NCBI GenBank assembly: GCA_964035545.1
Contig: OZ037765.1
Coordinates: 26,349,504 to 26,413,503, forward strand
Length of the DNA stretch: 64,000 nucleotides
Reading direction: 5' to 3'
Source of the DNA: Bugula neritina
Lineage: Eukaryota > Animalia > Bryozoa
The notes beneath the pieces were generated by a model that worked only from the letters and a program-made list of their open reading frames with translations, was not told the origin of the DNA and did not search any database. Position 1 is the first letter of the stretch; the number at the start of each line of letters is the position of its first letter. The position numbers and the translations under genes are program-made. Of this stretch, positions 1-12,711 are shown one piece after another.

Positions 1-436
1 TACCTTTATTCCTAAAACATTAGAAATTTAATAAACCTAATCACCAATAACCTTGAAAATATGAATTTAAAATTGAAGCTATTCAAATTTCTTATGATGT
101 TTTGTGATCCAAGTACAAAGTTTACTGTTTTTATATTGCTTTCAAAAATCATTTTTTCAAGTATTACATTTACTCTTTTTATGGCCTATAGCAGTAATAT
201 TTTCTTGGAGTGTAGGTATAACCTAAACTTGGTGTTTTATAAATGTAGCAGCATGTGAGCTTCTCTGCAACATATATAACACACACGCACACACACACAC
301 ATATATATAATGCCAGATAATAACTGCTAAATTTTCAAGCTTGTAAACTGGTTTCATTCATCACCCTATATGCAAACCAACAAATGCCTAACGTTTTGAT
401 ATATACAAGTAGTATGCCTATCTTATTTTTATACAG

Positions 437-3400
437 GCTAATATTAGAATTGACAACCCATCAAGTAACTATGGTGACAACCCTTGGGTTAGACAAACAG
501 GTGGTTGTGGTGTGCCTGGAGACTTCATGCATCTCACTCCTCGGTTTATTCTAGATAAAGCTTATTCTACCAGAAAATGGGGCCTAACAGGTGAATATTG
601 TGTTAAAACAATTAAGGTTCCTAAAATGAAACACATGTTTTTTACAATACAGTTACTGTTTCTATCAACATTTCAAGCCTAAATAATGTATTTGTTACAG
701 AGAAAGTGTTGGTTCATGAGTGGGGACATCTAAGGTGGGGTCTATTTGATGAGTATCCAATCGGTGATGAGATTACAGAACACTTCTACCAATCACCAAC
801 AGCCAACAAAATTGAACCATCTCGATGCAATATAAATGTGAAGGGTAGAATGCAACACCAAATGACAGGTGCTCCTTGCAATATGGATCCAGTGACATCA
901 CTTCCTGAACCTGACTGCAGATACTACCCAGACAGAAGACAAACCAAAGCTTCATCTTCTTTTATGTATATACAGTTTCTTCCTTCGGTAAGTGCTAAGC
1001 AGTAAGCCTGTCTGAGAAACCAATGAACTAGGACTTCTTATAGTACAATGTGAGAAACATTGTAAATATAGAAGTGTAAATATATCTATTGAGTATGCAT
1101 TGGAGTTGTCAACTCTAAATTTTATAGGCTCAGTGCAGTGTAAGATTACCATGTAGAATATTTACAAAATATAACCTAAAAAGTGAAGCAGGTCTTTATC
1201 TTGATGAAAATCTAATAAATTATGTAGTTGGTTGGTTTTAGAAGCTGGAGTTGCAAAAACAATTATTTGAAAGTAAAATTCTTCTAACAATAATATATTA
1301 CAATATAGTATTATTATATATTATATAACAGGGATGGGCAAAAGATGGCGCATCAGGTCCTCCTACTGTTTTAATCAGGCCCTCAGCTAATCACTAATAA
1401 CTTCATTGGTTTCTTAAGCATTCACAGAAAGTGTGTACTAAGCAACATTGGTCAATCATAAACATGACTCATGAGAAGATTCTGGCCAATGTATAGTTGC
1501 TGAAACTAATAATGACGTTACGCTTCAGTGAGCATAAGTATAGCAATATTACAACTTGAGTTACGTGATGTTGCTGCAACAACTGTTAGCTTCTACATTT
1601 CACCAGTAACCAGTAAGAAGTATCCTACACTAGCTAAACTGGGACTAAAAGCACTGAGCATATTTGGTTATAATTATAAATTTGAATGCATGTTTTCTAG
1701 CATGAACCATAAAAAATAGTAATAGAACGCACTCACCAATGACCGTCTGCAAGATTTGCTTCGAGTAGCCACACATGAACCCATTACTAGCAGTGACATT
1801 AGTGCTATTATGGCTACTAAAAGTCTTTTTCGTACTTCTCACTATAATTATAGTACTATGAGTTTATCCAATCAAAGTTTTTGCTGTTTTCTTGCTTAGT
1901 GAACTATATACAACTTGTTGTTAAATTAATAAACTGTCATATGTTTTGTAATATACATCCACATTCTGCAATTTATACTTACAACCCAGGAAACATAAAA
2001 AAGCAATTTATATATGCATTTAGTAATGCAGCATTGCACCTTGAATTTACAACGAACAAACCTGGCCCTTCTTACGCCTTAAAATCTTGAGATCTGGCCC
2101 CATTTTAAAAACATTTGCCCATCCCTGTTATATAACATATAATGCACATAGTATATTACAATATAATATAATACACTAGTGTCAAGTTAACATATATAAA
2201 ATTTCTCGAACATTTAGGCTATAAAAATGTGATAAACATACATGCCTGAAATATTGCATCGTTTTTATTGCGTTTTAATAATTTTACAGTTTTTTATAGT
2301 GGTCTGATAGAGAGCAGCAGTGGTCTAACTATTAGAGCTCGGACCTAGTGAGGGCTACACGCAACATCAAAAGTTTTTGCATTAGCAGAAGTTTTAAAAC
2401 AAAGTGTTGGTGAGAGGGGCAGTCTTTGGTTAAAAATACTTACCAACAGGGGTTCTCACAGGGATAGGGACTTTAAGCAAATGAAAGTTATTTCATCATA
2501 GTATTTTAATTTTGTAGTGTTAAAGTAATATAGTTTAATATTATGTAGTAATAAATTTCCAGATTACTACTTTCTGTGATGACGATGAGTTTGGAATAGA
2601 TTCTGTTCACAACTATGAAGCTCCAAGTCAACACAATAGACTTTGTGCTGGAAAATCCTCCTGGGAGGTTATGAGAGACCATGTGGACTTTAAAGGTAAT
2701 ATTATTTGTTTTTATAAACAGTTTAGTTGCGTTAGGAACGGTAAAATCATACTCACGGGCTTTCCAGGCTTTAATAAATAGCCATTGCCATTATATTTTT
2801 TTCAAGAATAATCTTTTTCCAGTAGGCCTAGCTATATATGCTGTGATCACAGATTCTAGTTCTATGCATGGCTCGTATGATTCTCATGTACAGTTAGTCC
2901 TGGGTCATACATGTAAGCAGAAAAATAAAATTAAATCTGTATATACTGCAACAATAATGATAATATATTTCGAGCCAGTTTTGTGGTGCTAGTCGTGCAT
3001 AATCATTTGTTGTTCTAATACTAACACAATGAGACTAAACACACAACTGAGATGCATCATAAAATAGTTAAAGAGTTTTACTCTACTGTTTTGCTTCAGA
3101 GTTTGTGGCTACTACTACTGATCACAGAGCTTTACAATAGTTATGTGGCTATAAAGAAATTAAGTAAAATTGAGTTAAATATCCGCAGGCCAGAATTCAG
3201 CTGCCGATGGAAAGATTATTGATACAAGTGTTACATTTAATGTGGTGCAAAGACAGGAGAGTAGAGTTGTGTTGGTTATTGATGTATCTGGAAGTATGGT
3301 ATGTTTATAATAGATAACTATGTTTATAGAGCTATTCTATTTCAACCGAACCTAGTTAGACTCACTCTAACAACTATTTTTAAAAGCTTTTTTTTAAATA

Positions 3401-6400
3401 TACTAGATGAATAACAGAATGTTGCCAGTTGTGTTTATTAAGTCTTAATTTGAGTCAATTTTCTGCTGAATCATTAACTAATATTGTTTATGAAAAGATC
3501 AGCAAACATATATTTACATGCCATGCTAATAGGTAGCAATTGGGCAAAAAAAATAGTCTAGGTTAATTTCTCAGTAAAAATCTAACTTGCTGGTATGAGC
3601 AGCACTTTATTACAGGGAAATAACAACTACTACATAAAAGTAAACGCTGCAGCTCAAAGATACCTGCTATATACTGCACCAGATGGAGCTAGTGTTGGTT
3701 TAGTTAAATACAGCAGCACTGCTACTATATTGACCACGTCCCTTCGTAAAATTAACTCTTCGGCAGACAGGAAGGACTTGGCTAATTTAGTTCCACTTGA
3801 GAGACAAGGCGCAACTGCTATTGGCAGGGGATTACTAGCAGCTAAAAAAGTGAGAGAATTTTTACTTTTAATCTAAAATCTGACGTTTAATATTTATACC
3901 TTAGTCATAATTATGTGAAGTTTGTATGCGTTATATGAGAACATATCTTTGTGTCAGCTTTTGGAACAAAATGGTGGTCAGACAAAAGGCAGTCGAGTTG
4001 TTCTGTTAACTGATGGTGAAGAAACTACTGATCCAAAAGTTAAAGTTGTGAAGCCCCAACTTTTAACAGCCGGAATTAATGTGGATACAGTTTTGTTGTC
4101 CAACAATGCAGATCCAGTTCTAATTTCTTTAGCAGCAAGCACTGGTAGGTAGTTTTCTAAAAGTTATCTATCATAAACTGGTTAATGGAACATTTTTAAC
4201 ATATATATTGCAAACAAACCTTTTTTAGTAGAAACTTTTAAAATATATTTTAATATCATTTAGGTGGTATGTCTTTCTTTGCATCTGGTGGTAATCTATC
4301 CACCAGTTTAGATGATGCTTTCACTACTTCTGAGAGAGCCAGAATAAGTGACCCTAGAAAAGTTCCCATCACTGTAAGTATCATGGTGTGATTTCTTGAT
4401 TTGGATAATACCTACAGCCATTTATGCATCACATGCATGTCTATAATGTCTAAATTCATCATGTACAGTTTGACCTAGCTGATACATTATACTACCATAT
4501 TAGACTTTAGTACATTTAAACTTATTTGAGACTTGAAGTCTTGAATATTTTACAAGATTGAAAGTCGAGCAGTTGCTGTTGAAGAGAAGTCAGAAGAATG
4601 CTATGATGTGATAATCGACAAAAGTTTGGGCTTTAACACAACATTTACATTTAGTTGGATAATTGTCAGCCAACTAAATATAAGTCTTACTGAGAGTGAT
4701 GGTAAAGTAAACACAGCTGTGCTGGAGAACGAGAATAAGGCAGCAGCATTTAGATGCTCTGGTGAATGCTCGATAAGTTCTATATACGAGGTGTTGAGGT
4801 CTATATGATGTATTGATTTATATGCTAGTCTAATGCCTAGGTAAAAGTTTTTAAAAGTGTGTTTATATAACTTAAATAATTTTCAGTCAAAATAAGAATT
4901 GGAATGGGAGTTAAATCTCTTAAAGTTAGACTAATTATCTAATTTGTACGAACACTCCACAACCCAGGTATAAAAGAAACTTATTTTCAAAATTTAAAAA
5001 GGAAACCATTTTTAACTTAGGCTAAGCTGCTAAAAATGATTTTTTTTCTATCAGAAAAGTCTGTGTTCTAAAGGAAAAACATAGGAAAAGAAGTTATGTT
5101 CTCGCAAAAGTTTATTTTCCTGCCCAAAACCAAATTTTATTAATAAATTAGAAAATTTGGTCTATATTAAAATTTATCCATCACTACACCCAAACGTCAA
5201 CTTTGTCAATAATTATTTTGCATTAGCATTGTATGTCATTGTGCAATCATCAACAAGCTGTCAGATTTACAAACCAGACTTGTGTATCATAAATACTAAA
5301 TTTTGTTTTAGTTTCCAACTGCTTTTGTATGTTTGTACTTTTAATTTTTATACAGCTTTTCCGTTGGCTACAAACTTGAAAATTTTACAGGCAGGAAAAT
5401 GGAAGGTCTGTATCCAAAATCCAACAAATACAACAGTTAATGTAATATATCAAGTTGAATCAACGGCTAGAGTAGTCAACACACCAACTCAAGACAGCTC
5501 TTCAAACGCTAATAGTGACGATGAAGACATGCTGCCAATTACGGTTAGAACCCTTATAGTCAATGAAGAACCTGATTTTAATACTACAGGTAATGAAACT
5601 TCTTTGAAAAGGATTAGCCTTGCCATATTTCAGTTTTAGAATAGTATGAATTGTGAATATAATATAAAAACTAAAAAACACTCATGCATGTACAAGTATT
5701 GCAAGAATTCTAGAAGTAATTAGTGAACTAGGGTGAACAACTCCCTCATTGATTGGATGCAGAAATATAGAGCGCTAATCTGTCTATTCAATATAGATGT
5801 ATAGTTCTATCATAATTGTCAAACCATTTGCTGCAGCCCTTTACAAATAATCAACAACAAAAATTCCGGCAGATATATTAGTTATTATTCTTGGATCTAA
5901 ACACAGGTAAAAGTGAAAAAGAGGTAGACATCAAAAGCAAGTGTACCTAGCAAAGAGGAATGTACAGACCTTGATAGATAGGGCTACTTCAAGTAGACCA
6001 GAACGACAGACTGTGTTGATTGCAAATATATAAATAAAATTACATATTTGTTGAACTAGCAGTTTTCTGGATTTGATTGTGTGTTGAACAGATGCAGAGC
6101 CAGTGTCAGTGTTTGCTACTGTGACCCGTGGATACTCACCAGTGATTGGTGCCAAAGTAGTCGCTACTATAGAATATCCAGGTTCTTATTCAAAATCAGA
6201 ACTTGAGATGAGAGATGATGGAGCAGGAGCTGATATTATTAAAGGAGATGGCACATACTCGGCTTACATCATGAACTCTCAGACTAAAGGGCTACACACA
6301 ATCTCTGTTAATGTTGTCAGCACAAATGACACAAATGTTAAAAAGGTCACAGTTTACAGTTCAGCTGCAGCAATATCAGGTATTCCTCTTCAACAACACA

Positions 6401-7567
6401 GACTGTATTTCAAAAGCAATGACTGTTATAGTAAAAAGCAGGTTGAATTATTATGTAAATTGTTTGTATAAAGTGAACATCAAAAATGCCCTCATCCGAC
6501 ACAAAAGAATTAGGGCTTACAAGTGCATTTATAAATACATAGAAAGCTCTAAGTGCATCATGGAAATATGAATGAGTATTTGAGTATATATACTTTCTCT
6601 CTCATGCACACAAACACGCGCACATGCCATATATTCAAGCTTGCACATGCATATGTGCGTGTGCGCGTGTGTTTTTACTTAATAAACTAAAATAAAATAC
6701 AGCTGTTCTGTATGTTGTTCTACACACTTATCTTCTGGCTGTAGAACCAGGAGAGCCAGTCAACAGTCAAGCAGTAAAACTCATACCAACAGATGAATTC
6801 CAGAGGTTCTCTCTCGCTGGACTCATTGATGTGAAAAGTGTTGCTCCACCAAATAAAGACTTTCATGCACCGTCAAGAATTCTTGATCTAAAAGTGACGG
6901 AAGCATCTTATGATAAAAGTAGAGTGACATTAGAGTGGACTGCAGTTGGTGATGATTTAGATAGTGGAACAGGTATGCTGTTGTTTCTGCAAATGTCTGT
7001 CAACTATTTTGCAAGCAGTTGAAGTCAAAGTTCTGGGAGGTTTTTAACTTTTTAGATTTTGGACACAAGTTTGAAAAACTTCTACACTAGTTGCATGCGT
7101 GTGCATGCTTCCTTTCTGAATAAAAGAAAGAAATACTACTTTTTTGCATTGTTATAGCTTCTTATTATGAGCTGTTGAAAGCCGACAGTCACAAAGTATT
7201 CTATAAAGCCAAAGAAAATGCCACACAAGTTGAGGATGCAGATGTGATCAGTGGTAACTTGAGTTCTCCATCTCCAGCCTACACCAGAGAAAAACTGGTT
7301 CTGAATATACAGGATAGAGACGACATATCTGTGTATGCTATCATTGCTAAGGATGATGCAGGAAATGCAGGACAGTTATCCAACATTGTTTCTGTTAAAC
7401 TCGTCTATGTACCCCCTACTGAACAAAATTCATCCAACACTGGAGTAATTGTTGGTGCAGTATTAGGATCAGTAGGAGCTGTCATAATTATTGTCACATT
7501 GATATATTGTGCTTGTAAAGGTGTTGGTTGCTTTAAATCAAGGGGTAAAAAGAATTATCATGTATAA
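437..7567 (+). CDS. CLCA: Calcium-activated chloride channel regulator (CLCA family; zincin metalloprotease + VWA + FnIII + C-terminal TM), 5'-incomplete, 12 exons visible
   Basis: GT-AG exons join in frame: 437-590, 701-987, 2563-2695, 3189-3298, 3616-3849, 3958-4144, 4264-4373, 4557-4790 (3' end least certain), 5391-5589, 6092-6379, 6745-6972, 7158-7567. Motifs: HEWGHLRWGLFDEY (HExxH..E), FCDDD..HNYEAPSQHNRLC, VWA MIDAS VIDVSGSM and LLTDGEE, DDGAGADIIKGDGTYS, PSRILDL..LEWTAVGDDLDSG, and TM GVIVGAVLGSVGAVIIIVTLIY. Paralog number cannot be assigned. Confidence 0.95.
1329..2127 (+). mobile_element. Non-autonomous hAT DNA transposon (Buster/Charlie-like internal deletion derivative) in a CLCA intron
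   Basis: Perfect 14-bp TIRs CAGGGATGGGCAAA (1329-1342) and TTTGCCCATCCCTG (2114-2127). Exact 8-bp TSD TTATATAA (1321-1328, 2128-2135) with central TA. Internal frameshifted remnant of the hAT C-terminal dimerisation domain (KYPTLAKLGLKALSIFG..ECMFSSMN, then LTNDRLQDLLRVAT in another frame, ~1610-1775). Confidence 0.92.
2313..2485 (+). mobile_element. Decayed, internally deleted copy of a tRNA-derived SINE
   Basis: A-box-like GTGGTCTAA near 2320. The 3' segment CCAACAGGGGTTCTCACAGGGATAGGGACTTTAAGC matches CCATCAGGGGTTTTCTTACAGGGATGGTGACTATAAAC of the copy at 34004-34202. Confidence 0.55.
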
Positions 7568-8223
7568 TTTGGTTAATTTTTTAAAATGTGTCAATCAAAC
7601 TGTGCAAATTTTTTCATATATAACTTTTCATTTTTATACAATTATTCAATTTTCCAAGAAGCGACTTTGAATGGAATATTTTTAATGGTAATCTAAGAAA
7701 ATAGTAATTTTATAATTTCTAACTCATGACAATCTTGCAGCTATTAGTCCCAAAGTAACAGTGTGGAGCTGAGGTGGTTGTTGGAGCTCATATGCAGTCA
7801 AGTGTTTTGTAGTTTTATTTAGTTACATAACGCATTGAAAGAGTTCATTCAACGCAAGCTTTTTGAAGCAGCCATATCAAAATAGTTAAACAATGTAAAA
7901 AAGTTTCAGCTACTTCTACTATAGTAGCACAATAGCATTTTGCCTGCTAGGCATTTAAATAACAGAATAACTGCTAATGCCTTTTTATTTTGCAACAATA
8001 AAGATAAATTGAACTGAACACTTATAAATTTGATCTCCTTTGTTTTAAAACACTGATACTAATTGATTATGCTTTCACAAGATTATATTTCTTCAATTAA
8101 ATGTGATATATAAAAATAAGCATGAAAACCAATTTCACTTTGGAAATTTGCATGGTACTACTATGCTTCATTTTTATAAAAGCTCTGATTTAATACTATC
8201 AAACAATCCATAGGCAGGACATT

Positions 8224-9985
8224 ATGGTAAGTAAATTGCTGAGTATATTATGCAGTTGAACAGTGATATATTAATACTGAATAGCATAACACCAACATCT
8301 GACTCAGTAATAAACATTGTATTATTAGTAAACACTAAATAGTAAATAGTGAAAAGCACATGTGACATTGATTGGACATATTGTGTTACATTTCAATATA
8401 TTAGTAATGATTGCCCCTTGAAACTATAATTAGAATGAGGCTTAAATATCTATAGTAAGCAGTAAAAACAATTTCGCTCTCTTGCTGGCAACATATTGTA
8501 TGTGGTGGGTGCAAATTGTATGCAGTGAATCTTTACTGCATGAGACTTCGCACCTGAAATTACGCTCCAATGTTGTTGAACTTAACTAACTTTGTTAGTT
8601 AAGTTCAATAACATTGGAGCTCTTTCTAGCTTCCAGCATCCTGTAACACCATTTTATGGATAGATAAGCATTAGAAGTTTATTACTACCTTAGAAATTTT
8701 AAACATAACTGTTTTTGACAGCAGCAGCAGTGGTAGCAGCAGCAACAGCATACTTTGTTACACAACCAGCTGATACTGATGAGATTAACAAGTTTGGCTC
8801 TATCAAACATGTTATATTAGTTTAAGTTTATACAATAAGAATAATAATTATGCTGTGACGTTATATTATTATGTAACAAAATTGTGAAAAGTAGCTATCA
8901 GGCAGCGTCAAAAACTTTAATTAAAATATGATTGCTTTTACTCTAGACTCTAAAATATAGATACTATAAGTGATCTAGCTAGCTTATATAAAGTGCACCT
9001 AACATACATGTCCTTATAAAATGCAAATTTTTGTTGGCAGAATGATCTCGGTCATTTAGAGAAGAAAAAATATGCATTTTCTGCAAAGAATAATGCTAAA
9101 AAGGAAATTATGTCATGGGGGCGGGACTATGAAAGCATAACCGGAGCTATGAGAAGTGCAGGACAACTGACAGACAATGTCACTGAAGCCAGGTTACTCC
9201 AGAACAGAATTATGGAGATGTCTAAAAAGCGATACAAATACATGTCACAAGCTGATTTTAATAAAAAATATTTCATCACTAAACAGCAGAAGAAAAGGAA
9301 ACTAATGCCACAGTTACTACATAATGTTGATGTTGACGAGTGGCTAAGCAAAAAGGCGTTCCGGCATGTGCCACAATATACAAATTCGTCAGCTAGTAAT
9401 GCTAGATTTGCATTCTTAGACAGACTAGAAAAACAAGGGCAAAAATGCAAAGACTTCCAAGATGAGGAAGAAAATCCATTTGCATATCCTTCTAAGCCAA
9501 AGCCACCAGAAAAACAAAATCTTCCAGAGTTTTACAGAATACGTCTGAAAGAACAAGAAGAAGCCGAGTTGGCCAGAACTACATTTCCAACACAGCCAAT
9601 CATGAGACCAGTGACTCAAAGAGCCGTAGCTTTTTGCAGTCGAGCCGAGACTGAAAGTCAAATTATGGAGGCTGCACAGTCTGTCAAAAGTGTGCCAGTT
9701 TGTAAACCAGCTCAACTAACTGCTTTAGAAAAAAGAACTCATTTGTTGAAACGGGCACAATCATCTGGAAAGTTCCGAAGTGTTGAAGATCCCAGATATG
9801 TTGAGTTAGAGAATTCTTTATGCATTCACTACTTCAAACCAGAAGAGCTGGATACAAAAAAAGTACAGGCAATAATTCAAGCTCAAGATTCTTTACATGT
9901 ACCTTCTAATGCTGTGCGAAACAGTCGGCCAAAGTTACAGAAGACTATTCTAGAATATCTGAGAGCTCGAGGAATACCTGTTTAA
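8224..9985 (+). CDS. Uncharacterised basic, helix-rich protein (~315 aa if the upstream ATG micro-exon is used; 291 aa from 9110)
   Basis: Long clean ORF 9110-9985. The frame stays open 23 codons upstream to an acceptor TTGGCAG|9041. A candidate first coding exon ends ATG|GTAAGT at 8224-8226. No family recognised; 5' structure is inferred. Confidence 0.7.
8564..8620. repeat. Near-perfect inverted repeat (27-bp arms, 3-nt loop)
   Basis: GCTCCAATGTTGTTGAACTTAACTAAC-TTT-GTTAGTTAAGTTCAATAACATTGGAGC; one mismatch, which is a G-U pair in + strand RNA. Confidence 0.95.
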
Positions 9986-12711
9986 TTATTTACTTTAATA
10001 TATGAAAATGAAATTTCAAGACATCATCATAATCAGATTTTTTTTTAATTATGTAAATAACAATATAGTTGAGATATTATTTTGCATTGTGTCCCGATTT
10101 TGTGTGTAGGCATCTGCTAAAACCTTTTATTTATTATTTATTTGCAGGTCATTATAGCTTTATTCTAAGAGTTGTCTTCTTTCTACTTCTTGTATACTAA
10201 GGTAATTATGTAACAAAATAAGTGGAGTTCATATTGTATTATCAATAATTTGTATAAACATATTATATAAAAGTAGTAATAGTCTAAAAAACTCAGTCCA
10301 TCCGTGTGATTCTTTCAAATACATGGAGAAGCATGAGGTTAAGGTCGACGCATAATCCAATACTTTGAAGCAAGCAACGGAATGGCTGATTTTATATTTT
10401 TATTAGGGTATATTATGCAACAGGTACAAATGATATAAGAGTGAAACTTATTGCTTGGCTAATGTGCTGCAAACAGATTTTTCATGTAGGTCTGAGTCCA
10501 GAATATACTCTACGACACGTAAACTATAGCATGCAACCTTATAGGTTCAAGGATTTAAGACTCATCAGCACAAGAATACATATATAATTATGTAAATGTA
10601 AACCTGATGCACAGTTCCATAATTCCAGAAAGTTCAATGGTACAATAAATTAATAAAATGAATTATTTATTTTGTAAGCTTTACTTTATCAACTTGTAAC
10701 TAACTCATCTTGTAACACTTTTATGGACCAACTTAAATTTAAATATTACCAGGTTTTGAACTCTAAAATGATTATAGATGCTATGAATATATGCTAAAAT
10801 GCTTCTGCACTATATTTACAACTTTTTTAAAATTCATATATGATATTAATCAGTTACCATTAAATATGTGCGAAGGCCAAAGTATACTGTGATGAGTTTT
10901 ATAATTATTGCTTCAATATTCACGAGCATCAGGAAACACATTTTTTAATCTATTTGGACCTTGAACATAACATAAAGGTTTATTTAGACTACTACAACTG
11001 TACCTAAACCAATAAAAAGTGTTGGTTCATGTTGTTTATTTATAAGTTTCCAGACAAGATGAAATCAGTGGGGAAAAAATGGCTCCTTAGCAATCGGAAA
11101 CCGTGAGATTCATATAAATGTATATGCTCTTAGACAATGCTATGCACCATAATATTATATAAGCTTATTGATTTACTCAACTTAGTAAGCTTTAACATTT
11201 ATATCAATAAAAGAAAAGTTTTCATCAATTTAGGGCCTGCTTTAGGGCTGTATATTTTGCTAGAAAGTCAATACACCACATAGCTTAAAGAGGGTGCACA
11301 CAGGCCGTAGGTAAAATTATTCACTATAATGAAATAATGGTATGCTACAGTGATTTTTACTATTATACCTTGCAGTGGTTATTTTCTTTATTTTAATTGA
11401 AAACTTCAATGAGATAAGCTGAGACATAACTAACAATAGTCCTGTTCTTAAAGTTAAAAACTATTGTCAGTTGTATACAACGTATTATTGGGGAGGAAAG
11501 ACAACTCTAGTTTCAATAAACTGTTTTCAGCAAACAGCCTACAGTTAGCACATTTATTGCACGGGCAGATAAATTCAACACCACCTCTCCAAAGCTGTAA
11601 ATACTATTGAAAAAAATACTTTAAGTATAAACTTTTGCAATGATGAATAACTTTCATTAAATGTTAACAATCACAGTAATTGTATGCATATAATATTATT
11701 GTATTTTCTCAGTATAAAAATTATAAACCATCAATATAGTAATGCAAAAATCTGAAATGTTACAACACAATATATTAATTATAGCTAATTTTAAAACTCA
11801 TATTATCAAAGAAGACAAGTATATTACAGCAGTTCAAGTTTTCAGTGCAACGATAGCTTATTATAAAAGAGTTGAACAGTATAACAAACTGGGCAGATAG
11901 TTTCCCTTGAAAATATCAGCAATCTGATTCTTCTCCTGTGAAACCTCTACTTTATGTTAATTTGAAGCATAAATAGTCCCATAAGCTGTTATCAAATACC
12001 ATCAATGTAATATACTTATTTGTACAAGTGACCGTGGAATTAAAACTAAATAGGAGAGCAAACACACTTGACTGGTTGAGTAGAAACTGGTTAGAGCTGA
12101 GTGAGTATATTGTAAATATTGGATATGCAAAAAGAATGGAAGGTCAAAGGACTGTTCAAATACTAATTATCTTTCCAGATAGAGCAAATATATAATGCTA
12201 GCTCCAGTATAGCTAGAAATAATTATATATAATAAATAGAGAATATTTAACTAGTCGTCAAGCCCTTCTCTAAAGCTTTTGTAAAAGCGATAATGACCAC
12301 TGTAAATATCATTGATCAAACTGAAAGGTCTGTTTGCTATTAAAGTCTGCCTATATTTATATTATTTTTATTGCATTACCTGCAGCTTCACCAGACATGT
12401 GACATTCTATATGTTAGTGGCAGCCAGCTCTTGCGTAAGTATAATACTTCATTGCACATGTCTTCATTGTATGAATTCAACTTCAGATTCTTGAAATACA
12501 CAACTTTGTATTCAATTACAAAACATATTTGGATTAAACGTAAGGGCTGCTGCTGTTATTAACAATATGAAAAGTAATCAATATTAGCAATTATTCTAAA
12601 CTTCATTGCAGCTATTAAGACTGGATAAATAAGGAAAGCTCAGTAATTTTGTAATGTTTACTACTATTCTAAAGTTAAGGTGAAAGAGCTGGAGAGTAGT
12701 GGTTGAACATC

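Noticed and set aside
6614-6670. Inverted repeat ACACGCGCACATGC / GCGTGTGCGCGTGT in a CLCA intron
   Set aside because: Explained by adjacent CA and TG dinucleotide-type low complexity.
9127-9715. Antisense ORFs over real exons (here and at e.g. 14870, 17235, 18465, 21071, 31601)
   Set aside because: Shadow frames of genuine coding exons with no independent motifs or gene structure.
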